Assembly: GCF_038025025.1 (NCBI RefSeq)
Contig: NW_027117353.1
Location: forward strand, 1 to 64,000
Reading direction: 5' to 3'
DNA from: Phyllosticta citribraziliensis
Lineage: Eukaryota
DNA: 64,000 nt
The position numbers and the translations under genes were made by a program. Below, one piece after another: positions 12,801-23,226 of this stretch. The notes under the pieces were generated by a model, which saw nothing but the letters and a program-made list of their open reading frames with translations, searched no databases and was not told the DNA's origin. The stretch's first letter is position 1. Each line of letters starts with the position of its first letter.

Positions 12801-15800
12801 TAGGGAGCATACCCTACTTAGAATAGGTCACCTATTTTATATTACTTAGTCCCCTAGTACTTATATTATACTAGGATACTAAGTATACTCTATTAGATTA
12901 ATTAAAAGGCTAGCTAGTAGTCTATATTAAAGTATATCCCTAATTCTAGCCCTTAGGGAAGAATGCCTTACTAGTAGTAGTTATATTAAAATATTAGGAT
13001 AGGTATTCCTAAGTCTACTAGTAACTCTTAATATTCTTAATAAATACTTAGACTATAGTATTTACTATAGGTTTAGGGATCTACTACTAGAAGTAAGGGT
13101 TAATATATATATAGGTATTAGCTAACTAATTATATATAGTAGAGAAACTAGTAGCTTATCCTAGATATATATAGGTAATAATAAAGTCCCTTATACTTTT
13201 AGCATAGATCTCTAGGAGCCTAAAGTATACTCTATTTAGTACTTTAATAGCTTTATATTATATTATACTAAAGTCTTTATATAGTAGTAAAGTCTAATTA
13301 TTAATACTATATCTAGTATATATAAAAGCTCAGTCTTCCTCTATAAATTAGGAGGTATACTATATATTTAATAATCCTTTTAGGTACTTCTATAGGTTAG
13401 TATAGATTAGATCTACTCTATAGGTAGTATAAGCTATTAAGGTACTATTAATAAACTACTCTATAGTATAGTATAAGACCTTCCCTTATTTAGTTATACT
13501 ACCTCTATAGCTAATATCTTCTTCTAGTAGATTAGGGTTAAAGTAACTAATATTATCTAGATAGAAATACTAGGCTATCTACCCTATATATAGTCCTAAG
13601 GCTAAGGCCTAGTTATACTCCTTATTATCTCCTATACCTTATAGGGGAATAAATTAAAAGGTAGTAGACTATTTATCCTCTTTATCCCTATCCTTAGAAG
13701 GAGAGGAGCCTAGTAGGAGTAGTTCCTCTATATTATACTAGGTATACCTTTCCTAGTATTACTATTCCTAGTTTTTACTAGAGAAGTAGTTCCCTTTCTA
13801 TAGCTATAATAGTCTTAGTAGTACTCTACCTCTACCTTAAGGTATACTTATTTTAAGTATAGATAGGTATATACTAAGCTTCTTAAGTTACTTATTAACC
13901 CCCTCATTTATTATAGTAAGGTTTATTATCTATACTTTCTATTATTTAAAGAATATATCTTAGAGTATATCTAGCTTTACTCCTAAAGATTCTAAGGTTA
14001 TAATAGGCTACTAGATCTCCTTAGTCTAGTCTATAGTACTATACTAGTTATATATATATAGGAGTATTATATTATATAGGGGTAGCTAATTATAGTATAT
14101 ATACCTTAGGGGAGGATTCTAGTTTCCTAGTAGCTATTAGTAGGAGAAAGGAAGACTACTATATATATATTAGCTAGAGGTCTAAGTAAAACCTAGGCCT
14201 ATACTACTCTAGAAAATATTAGGTAGTTAACTAAAGGGTTAATAAGAATAGCTATAAGGAGGCCTATAGCTAGGTAGAAAGGGAGGTTATCTAAACTAGC
14301 CTTTATAAGTATAGCTAGTACCTTCCCTAAAGTTTAGTAGAATATACTAGTCTTTAAAATTATTATCTATAGAAGAATAGAGACTCTATAGATTATATTC
14401 TAACTTATTATCTATAGGTAGGCTACTAGTATAGGTAACTAGCTACTTTCCTTTAGAAGGTTTTAATTAGGAAGTCTAAAGAGGTATTACCTACTTATCT
14501 TAGGGCTAGTATAGCCTTATAGTTATATATATCTATAACTAGAGTTATTAATAGGTATATATAGAAGTAGAGTAATATAAAGAAGATAAATATCCTTAAG
14601 TAGATATAGGTATTAGTAAAATAGGTTATTAAGGCTCTATAGATAGTATAGGTTATAAATAAATTAATATATAGTATAGAGATTTTAATTAAGGTTATTT
14701 ATAAAGTAAGGTAATAGGTATTTATACCTAAAAAGAGGGTAGATTTACTAAATAGGTAACTAATTAGCCCTTTCCCTATTTAGGTATAGTATAGCTACTA
14801 ATAGGAAGAGTAGGTCTTAATAGTTCTTAGGTTAACCTTAGTATAACTTCTAAGGTAATTATAGTAGGTCTTAAAGGTAACTAAAGTACTATCTTAGCTT
14901 ATAGCTAGGGAGGTACTTTAAGGACTATACCTAAGGCTAGTACCTCTAGTATAGTAGGATATTCTAGTATAGTTAGAGAAAGGTACTAGAATAGATTATA
15001 TAGGGACTAGGATACCCTTAAACCTATACTTATATTATATTAGCCCACCTCCTTATATAGTATAGTTAGAACTAGATTTAGTAGTAAATCTACTATATTA
15101 GTAGAGATTAGTATACTTAGTATTATAGTCCTTATACCCTTAGCTAGAGCCTCTTCTATATATTTCTATTCTATAACTACTAGGTAATTCTCTAGGAATA
15201 GTTTAGTATAGGTAGTATTAACTTATTCTAAGACTTATTAAAAAGTAGCCTAGTTTATACCTCCTATAGAGTCCTAGTATACTAGATAATCTAGGTACCT
15301 TTAAGAGGTTATAGTTTATTAAGTAAATACTCCTATACTATCTAGGGGCTTAAATATTTCTATAATAAGGTTAATATAAGTCCTAGTTACTAGGGTAATC
15401 TATTTAAGCTATTACTTATATTTACTATAATAGAGGAAGGCCTTAAGTTATTAGATAAATAGTATATCCTCTTCTAAAACTAATATAGTAAACTTATTAT
15501 TTAGGGACTATATTATAGATAGTTCCTTATACTAGTACTAAGTATTAAAGGAAGGGGTAAGTATAGTAGAAGTAAGGGTCCTACTATAATAATACTAGTA
15601 CTAGGTTATATAAGAAAGGAGATCCTTACTAGGTACTATATAGAAGTATATTATTAGCTATTTTAAGGGGATCTTCCTAGGTTTTAGTAGAAGTAGACTT
15701 ATAGTATTTATATATTAGTAGTAATAAAGGTCTTAGATATAGAAGGGATACTATAGTAAAAGGAAGTACTATAGTACTTTTAGCTACTAAAAAATATTAT

Positions 15801-15964
15801 AAGTTTAGTTAGGATATCTTTTCTTAAGCCTAGATTATATTATTATTATTTTTATCTTAGCCCTAGGGCCTTACTTATTCTTATCTACTTACTTATACTA
15901 CTAAGCCTACTAGCTAGTACCTGCCTTACTTACCTAAGGCATCCCTAACCATCTATAGACTGCA
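9888..15964 (-). mobile_element. Older (outer) Ty3/Gypsy element, right part: RT, start of RNase H, probable gag and 5' region (right boundary tentative)
   Basis: Minus strand PLFVDIDTSKELGFS (RNase H start, ~10005-10045) continues into the segment left of 1581. RT IYINNITIFSK (VYIDDITIFSK, ~10495-10527) and VVIDI*ALN (~10795-10820). A TGCA at 15961-15964 may be the LTR end. 14000-15960 is not decodable. Confidence 0.75.
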
Positions 15965-16870
15965 ATACTTATCTAAAAGGGTACTCCTACTTTTAGCTTC
16001 TTTTATATTAATTATCTAGTAAATAATATCTAGTAGGTATATAATATAAAGTATTAGAAGCTTCTTATTAATATAGCCTATATTAAGAAGATATTATAAT
16101 ATAATTATATAATAAAGAAGATTACTTAACTTAAGCTAAACTATATAAAGTACCTACTTTAAATTAACCTAGTATAGTAGGTATTTAGCTATTAATTTAG
16201 TAATACTATATACTTTAGCTAAATAATAAATAATATAGTTAAGTTAGTTAATACTAGTATAATTAAAATATATAATAATCTTCCTTTTTAGGTACTTATA
16301 GAGGTATACTACTATATAATAGAGAAGATAGGAAGATATATACTTACTTATTACCCTTTATAACTATATTAAAATATACTAATAACTAGTTATAGCTATA
16401 AGCTATAGGAGATATATATAGCTAAATTAGTTTAATAATAGGTTATTTATAACTCTTTTATATAAAGGACTATTATCTATTCTTCTACTAAAAAGATTTT
16501 CTCTATTAAGAATATTAATAGAGGTAATATTAACTTTTATACTTATAATTATTATAAGGATATACTCTTCCTATATAAATATATATATACTTTCTATTAG
16601 GTATTAGTTAATATACCTAAGCTATAAGGGAGTAATATATAGGCTTTAGAAAATTACTATAAGGTATATAGTTACTACCTTATACCTATTAAGATAGATA
16701 ATCTAAAGGAGTAGAATATTTTACTACTATTTTTAAAGCCTTACCCTAGCTAGCCTATTAAGAAGAGAAGAGAGAGGACTATTTAAAAATAAGCTTATAA
16801 ATATAGACTTTATAGTTAATAAGGGTATAAGTATACTATATATTAAAGGAGGTATAATCTATTTTAGGCT
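15965..16870 (+). pseudogene. RIP-inactivated Mutator-like (MULE) transposase, C-terminal half
   Basis: One plus frame carries, in order: FFYINYL (CxxH, ~15998-16018); IINNIVKLVN (TNNxxESxN, 16223-16252); SWIM finger YTY…LYKYI (CxC…PCKH, 16538-16585); ILLL…PS*PIKKR (LPP…GRPxKKR); and a CX2CX4HX4C knuckle (16802-16843). All needed changes are RIP transitions. Confidence 0.85.
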
Positions 16871-16920
16871 TTAAATAAGAGTAGTAAAACTAGATTAGTA
16901 AGACTAATATTAATACTAAT

Positions 16921-17100
16921 AAAAGTAGTAAAACTAATACTAATAAGAGTAGTAAAACTAATACTAATAAGAGTAGTAAAACTAATACTAATAAGAGTAG
17001 TAAAACTAATACTAATAAGAGTAGTAAAACTAATACTAATAAGAGTAGTAAAACTAATACTAATAAGAGTAATAAGACTAATATTAATAAGAGTAATAAT
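16921..17100. repeat. 24-bp tandem repeat, about 7.5 units (aagagtagtaaaactaatactaat)
   Basis: Units start at 16921, 16945, 16969, 16993, 17017, 17041 and 17065, with a partial unit at 17089. Confidence 0.95.
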
Positions 17101-18013
17101 AGTATTACTATTTAAATATATATCTTTAACTATAAGCTAGAAGAGTCTAACCTTAGCTTTATCCTCCTTTAAGAGACTCTATTATTATTACCTTACTCCT
17201 TACCTCTCTTATTAATTATAATACTATCTATACTAAGTATCTTTATAATATCTCTATAGTAACTACTAACTCTATAATAATTACTATACTAATTAAAGTA
17301 TATAAGGTATAAGGTAGACTATAAAATATAAATAAGGTAGATTAGGAGGTAAATAGTAAATAAAGAATAGATTAAATAAGTAAGAGAGGGTAGATTATAG
17401 GTTTATTAAAAGAAGGAGGTAGATTTTATAATAAGGAGAGTATAGATTATAAGTTTTATAATAATAAAAAGTATTTTTAGATTTAATTATACTATCTAAG
17501 ATAACCCCTATTTTATACTTATTTTTATAGGAAAAACTACCCCTATTTATAAATAATAAAACTAACTAGGGTTAAGACTTCTTATATAATAAGATAGGCT
17601 AAAATTAGGCTTAATATTAATAATTAAGAAATACTAAGCCTTAGGAGGTTAAAAAATAGTAAGTATATATTTAGGAGCCTAAATAATTAGGGGGTAAAGA
17701 TATACTCTTTAAGATATAGGGGTTATATAGGGGTATTTTAGTACTAGGATTATACTAGTATAGTCTATTTCTAGAGTATAGTAATAGAACCTTAGATAAT
17801 TAAGGGGTAAATATAGTTAAAGATATATATATATAAGTAGGAGTAAGTTAATAGTAGTAGTAGTAGTAGTAGTTTTAGTAGTAATTATAAAAGAACTTAA
17901 AAATAATAAATAACTTACCTAATTAAGATAGGATATAAGGAGGGTATATTTAGTTTAAGAGGGTAGATAGTAAGTAGGGTGGTATAATATTATGTAGATT
18001 AAGAATTTAACCC

Positions 18014-18049
18014 TTTTTTTTTTCTTTTTTCTTTTTTCTTTTTTTTTTT
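18014..18049. repeat. Poly(T) tract with three C interruptions at the RIP/genic boundary
   Basis: Directly visible. Dinucleotide composition normalises immediately to the right. Confidence 0.95.
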
Positions 18050-19637
18050 ACTGCACCTATACAAAAATCCCATCAACGTCCCCTAGCTGCCCAACCCAGT
18101 CCCCAACCACGGCAAACCAATCTGGGAACACACATCCAAAAGTACCACCTCCTTAGTCAGACATTCAGATGAAACCAACCTCCCAGGGAGGTGAAGAGGA
18201 GAGTTTCCAAGTAAAAACCTCCGTCCCAACCTCCCAGTTCTCTTTGCACGTGTATATGTGTATGGGGGCCGGATGGCGGGGCCAGCACGTCGCGACTATA
18301 CGACCCCGACGTTTTGGACTTATTCTAGAACAAAACCTGGCATCTGTAGTATGGCTGTGACTTGCCACGCTTAAATGAGCGTGGCTGCGGGAGATCCGAG
18401 TCAGTCTTCCGGAACTGCGCAAGGGAGTTTTGTGCTGTACCGTCCGTGTAGGTACATACTGTATTCGTCGGGTGGTTAGAAGAGGGCTGGTGTTTTTGTG
18501 ATTGATGTGGTTGAGGTGGATATCTATGTTGACAGACTATTTTCTTCTGTCCCAGGCTGCTGCTCCCTGAGAATGTAGACGTCTTCGGATCACGGCGATC
18601 AGGATCAGCGCGTTTTGTGAGCCACATGTCGTTGAATCAAGCTTATTCCAGCCTGCTGAGCACGTCATCGACCACATTCCTTTCCGGTTCTCTAAACCCA
18701 CCGCCCTTCGTCATTAGGACATCGAAGACAACAGTTGAGGAAGATGTCAAAAGCGCAAAGAGCCACAGTCAAAAAACCAGGTAAAAAGGGGGGAGATAAA
18801 GAAGGTATCTAGTTCGGATGGACAATAATGCACAAAAATCCATCTTTCCTTCCTGCTCCTGCTTCGTCCGTCTTCTACATCCTCCTTGAACAGCTGCTCC
18901 TCGACGACACCTACTGCTTGCTGCTGATACAGAGAGTTGACCTAAAGCTAGTCACCTGTTACAGCCGGGCGAGCAAAAGTCCGATGGCGCATTCGTTCCA
19001 TCCGAGCCAGGTTGAGTAGTGAGATTGTCCTCCCCTTGAGCCATAGTAGGCATGACGTGCGTCCGAGCGAGCTCCTCAAAAGGCGCATCTGGACGCAGAA
19101 TGCGTGTCCGACTGCCTGGTGGAAGGTGTATGCGTCGACCATGGTCCTCCAGAACTTGAAAAAACCGGACACGCGGGATAGATGAAACTGCCCATGCATG
19201 CCCCCCAGATTACCCCATCGCACAAGAAAGAAAGACAAAAGCGATCCACCCACCCTTTCCATGCTGTAAATCGTGCGCGAGCAACAAGCTTCCACGCTTG
19301 TCAAAGCCACTGGTCTTCTGGTCTCTGTGACGGGACCCCGACTTTCGAAATGAAGGAAAATGCGTGTCGTCGCCACAGAGAATGCAGAATCCGAAAATCC
19401 AAAACGCTCGTCAGACCTGTCCAACGCGTCCCATGTACTCCCGAATGTAAAGAAGAAACCTGTAACCCACAATGTTCATTAAGAGTCAATGCCGAATCTT
19501 CGAGGCCCATGTGCGAGCCCGAGGCAAGGCCATCAACAACTGTGTCAACCGCCAGTTCGGCCGGATATTCCATGACGGTCGTGACATTGAATGAAACCAA
19601 AGGCGAAGAACATTCCACAGCGAACGAATCCGAGTAG

Positions 19638-22466
19638 TCAGCGACGCAAGCTGCTTTCCTTGGGTTTCCAGAATGACATCATCTTGCTTAACCTCTTATG
19701 TTTGCGACTCTTGCTCTCGTTGGCCTTGTCAGAGTGCTCACTTTGAGGTCTTTGCTCGACTGAAAGCTTGCTCCGCTCGCCACCAAACGAGCTTCCAACC
19801 AGCCTCGAAAGACTGGCAATACTCGCTCGTTTGCGACGACTCTCGATGGCAATGCTTGAAACCGACGACACCGAAGCTGTCCGATCGCCAGGACTGTGTG
19901 GCACAATGTAGGGAAAATTGGCATGAGCGGCGCTTGTCATGGTCGATCGGCTGCTGGTCAAGGAGGGGACATCGTCAACCGAGACGCGGTAGTCTGGACC
20001 GGGTTCGCCGAAGTTTGCCGCGCGCCCGTCTGTAATGGAGGAAGAAGCCGTGCCAATCCTCGGCACGTCGAAGGAACCTTTGCGAAACAGCTCGGTCGGT
20101 GGACTCAGCGAATCGGGGGTAGCGAGGTGAAGCGAAGATGACTCTCGAACTTTTTTCGGCGACTCGTGTTCCTTGGTAAAGTCCGATCCTGTCTTCGGCA
20201 TGATGGTTGACTCCGACGTCCTTGTCGTGCTTGAGCCACCGCTGTGGTCGTCACGATCCTCAGTGATGGTGCCCGGACTCGTTTCGACAGCACTCAAAAA
20301 GGGCTTGGAACCTGGAGATACGGGAGTGACAGCCCGTTTCGCTTTGGGCGAGTGATTTGCTGCCTCGGCGGTGAGAGTCGAGCTTGCACCGAAAGCACCT
20401 TCGAAATTCCAGGTGCTTTGAATCTCTGGTTGCGGTGCATCCGACTCTTTTGTTTGTGGTTCGCCGTCCGAGTCGTCAGAGCCAGACTGTTCTATTCTCT
20501 CGTCGTCCTCCTTCTTTGCAACTGAAAGGGCGGTCGTCAGTTTTCCGGCGTTCAGTGTGATGGGAGACTCGTCCTCCTCTTCCTCCTCCTCAAACACGTC
20601 AGCCATTGGCGTTGTGGCACCGGTCATGGGCGCGCTTCGAAGTTCGAACGGGACGAGTTCCGGAGCGCTCTCGGTGCGCCTATGGCTAGCAATGCCAAAA
20701 GTTCCCATGCTGCTATGCATGGGACGCTTTAGGGCCGAGGGACCCCGGTGGCGTGAACGAGGAACAGGGCCAATTGTAGGAGTGTTGAAAGGGCCAAGAG
20801 CAGCGTCCAGGTCAATCACGGGACTCATGATATCCGCGTCCTGCTTCAAAAACTCCTTGGGCTGCCATGCCGCAAGGCTAGTATTGACCTTTGGCCGAGC
20901 AGGCGCGACGGTAGCAGTTGGAGTAACAATGGTGACGGTGTCGTCGACGTCGAAATTTGGAGAAATTTGAGAGACATCAAAGTCGTGGTCCTGGTCATCA
21001 AAATGTAAACTGGACTGGCTGGGTAGCGTTGGAGTCGATCCCCGACGAGGTAAATCTTTCAATTTCGAGCCATGCCGCTTCGCCTTCCGTGAGATGATGG
21101 AAGTTGCCCAAGACTTGACTTTACGAGGCTTCTTGCCAAATCCTTTTCGCGCCGCAGGAGTTTGGCCGCCCTCGGTAGTCCCAGGAACTGGGCTTGGTTC
21201 GGCCGAAGATGGTACAGGCGAATCGGACGGGATTGAGAGGGACGAATCAGAGTTATTCGTGGCGGAGACAATGGAAGAGTCACTGTGTCGCTGCTCAGTC
21301 CAAAAGAAGCTTCTCTTTTTGAAGTGACTTGAGGGCGTTGAAGTTCCAGGGAATGGTGGCGGGGCTGCTTCATCAGGGAGAACTGCTGACCTTGGACGAC
21401 TCTCGTTTGTGTCTGTGAGGTTACCGAAACCAGAGCTGTCATTTCCTCCAAAGTCCATCATGGCACCAGCAGTGCTTGGTCGCGGAAGGTTATTTTCCGG
21501 AACTGTCAAAGGGTTGCTGGTGGGAGGCCTTGCCCAGCGAACCCCCTGAGGGCTTGACGGTCCACTCATGGTTGAAGAGAGACTGTTGGAAACCGAGTGG
21601 GCCCTCACGGTCGACATGGTGCTCTCCGTCTCGGACGAAATGGTCGAAAGAGGCCGAATAAATTCAACCGTCTCCGAGAATCCTACACGCGCACGGGAAG
21701 GGGGACGATTCTCAGCCGTATCGGAATTGTCCTGATGCGCTGTGAGGTCTTCAGAGCTGCCGGAGAGGACAATGGCGGGTGCCAGAGGCTCAGCTGGCGG
21801 CTGGGGGGAGGGCTGAGAGACGCTTTCTGCGGGTGTTGCAGGGACATTTTCGATGCGCGGCACGGGAGGAGCCTGTGTCTTTGGCTGGAGCAAAAAGGAC
21901 AAGTCGTGAGATGAAATGGCTCCTGAACGGCGGTGGGCGTGGCCTCGTCTGCCCGCAGGAGACGCAGGTTGGAGGCCTCCCGAATTTGGGGCTTCGAGCC
22001 TAGTCGGACTCGCGCTCATTGGGACGACAGTGCCCGAAGAGCGTCCTCCTCTGCCGCCAATGTACTCGCTAGCTCCTCGCTTGTGGATGGAGTGCCTGGA
22101 AGGAGTGGTCGGCGAAGTCGAGGTAGGAGTTAGAGGTGGAGTCGTCGTCGCCGTCGGGGGAGCCAGACCTCCTTGACTTGAAGGATTGAACGAGAAGTCC
22201 GGAAGGGCGCTGGCGGAGCGGCGCTTGTACTTGTCCCCGGTGTTTTGGGCGCGAATGGGATCGGGTAGCGCTTGGAGTGACGAGGGACGCCGGCTTGACG
22301 AAGCCCGAGGGTCGGCGGGCGGAGCAGGGAAGACGAAGTGAGGATTCGGAATGAGCTCGATGGGCTCGACGGCGGAGGATTTTCGCCGTTGGTACAGCGG
22401 AGATCCCATGTCGGCTGAGGTGGAGCACGGCGCTACGGGTTGCTGCGGCATGGCAATCTGCGCCAT
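19638..22466 (-). CDS. 942-aa intronless Ser/Pro-rich, largely disordered conserved fungal protein (homologues often labelled 'cell wall proline-rich protein'); function unknown
   Basis: Long ORF with short conserved-looking islands HRRSGAISSHDLS, VGFSETVEFIRPLSTISS, IDLDAALGPFNTP, HRRTESAPEL, SVDDVPSLTSS. No signal peptide. Confidence 0.9.
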   Translation of the reverse strand: MAQIAMPQQPVAPCSTSADMGSPLYQRRKSSAVEPIELIPNPHFVFPAPPADPRASSSRRPSSLQALPDPIRAQNTGDKYKRRSASALPDFSFNPSSQGGLAPPTATTTPPLTPTSTSPTTPSRHSIHKRGASEYIGGRGGRSSGTVVPMSASPTRLEAPNSGGLQPASPAGRRGHAHRRSGAISSHDLSFLLQPKTQAPPVPRIENVPATPAESVSQPSPQPPAEPLAPAIVLSGSSEDLTAHQDNSDTAENRPPSRARVGFSETVEFIRPLSTISSETESTMSTVRAHSVSNSLSSTMSGPSSPQGVRWARPPTSNPLTVPENNLPRPSTAGAMMDFGGNDSSGFGNLTDTNESRPRSAVLPDEAAPPPFPGTSTPSSHFKKRSFFWTEQRHSDSSIVSATNNSDSSLSIPSDSPVPSSAEPSPVPGTTEGGQTPAARKGFGKKPRKVKSWATSIISRKAKRHGSKLKDLPRRGSTPTLPSQSSLHFDDQDHDFDVSQISPNFDVDDTVTIVTPTATVAPARPKVNTSLAAWQPKEFLKQDADIMSPVIDLDAALGPFNTPTIGPVPRSRHRGPSALKRPMHSSMGTFGIASHRRTESAPELVPFELRSAPMTGATTPMADVFEEEEEEDESPITLNAGKLTTALSVAKKEDDERIEQSGSDDSDGEPQTKESDAPQPEIQSTWNFEGAFGASSTLTAEAANHSPKAKRAVTPVSPGSKPFLSAVETSPGTITEDRDDHSGGSSTTRTSESTIMPKTGSDFTKEHESPKKVRESSSLHLATPDSLSPPTELFRKGSFDVPRIGTASSSITDGRAANFGEPGPDYRVSVDDVPSLTSSRSTMTSAAHANFPYIVPHSPGDRTASVSSVSSIAIESRRKRASIASLSRLVGSSFGGERSKLSVEQRPQSEHSDKANESKSRKHKRLSKMMSFWKPKESSLRR

Positions 22467-23185
22467 GGCATGAGGTCGCGGTCAAAATGGACAAGGTTGT
22501 GAAGAACAGGTCGGCGCGACAAGGAGGCAAAAGGGTCGCGAGGCGAAGAGGTTGAGATGGGCGTGGTTGCGCGGAAAGTTGCAGGTGGCCTGGTGGCACA
22601 GCAGTGTTTATGGATACAGCATAGAAAGGCGAAGAGGCGAGGCGAGGCGCGGAGCGAAGAGCACGATGGAGGCGGAGAAGAGAGACGATTAACTGGAGGG
22701 AAAAGTTAGCGCTAGACAAGCGGAAGGGCGTCGGGCAGTGGTACAAAAGTTTAGGTGGGTAGTAGGCGGCGAGGCGACTTGCGCGGGAAGAGGGTGATTG
22801 AATTGGGGCGTTATCATAAAACCAAGGAGCGACTGGTGGTAAGGAACGGACGGCGCGATAGATGCAGGCGGGGCGCTGGGAGCAGCCAAGCCGATCTATG
22901 TTGCCTTTGGAGGTGGTGGAGAAGAGGGAGGGTGGGGTTGGCGGAGAGCGGAGGCTGGTGGGTGGTGTGTCGAAGAGGACGGAGAGGCGTGGTGTTGCGA
23001 GACTGACGGGCGGAGCGTGGGTAGGTGCCGTGGGTAGTCAGCACAGTTGCTCAGGCGGGCTGGGGGCGCAGGAGATGGCGGGCCCGTCGTCAGCCAATCT
23101 GCCGCGAAACCCAATCCCAGTCACTCTCCAAGAAGCACCAGATGCACATGTCCGTCCAGGTCGGGGCCCTCCCGTCGCTCATAAA

Positions 23186-23226
<41 letters not shown>
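23186..23226. repeat. (CTCAGG)n hexamer microsatellite, about 7 units
   Basis: Directly visible upstream of the 942-aa gene. Confidence 0.95.

Larger units (their letters stand above)
1..18010. other. AT-rich RIP-mutated transposon block (likely heterochromatin)
   Basis: Extreme TpA excess, near absence of CpA/TpG, and no ORF in the supplied track before 18165. Retroelement and transposase motifs are readable only after reversing C>T/G>A changes. Confidence 0.97.

Noticed and set aside
14000..15960. Possible extra ORF or separate element beyond the outer Gypsy gag
   Set aside because: Too heavily RIP-mutated to decode by eye; left unassigned within the outer element.
16921..17100. 24-bp repeats as a CRISPR array
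   Set aside because: Units are head-to-tail with no unique spacers, there are no cas genes, and the context is eukaryotic.
1..18010. AT-rich block as mitochondrial DNA, contamination or an alternative genetic code
   Set aside because: TpA excess, CpA/TpG loss and transition-type LTR differences are explained by RIP, and TE motifs are recoverable.
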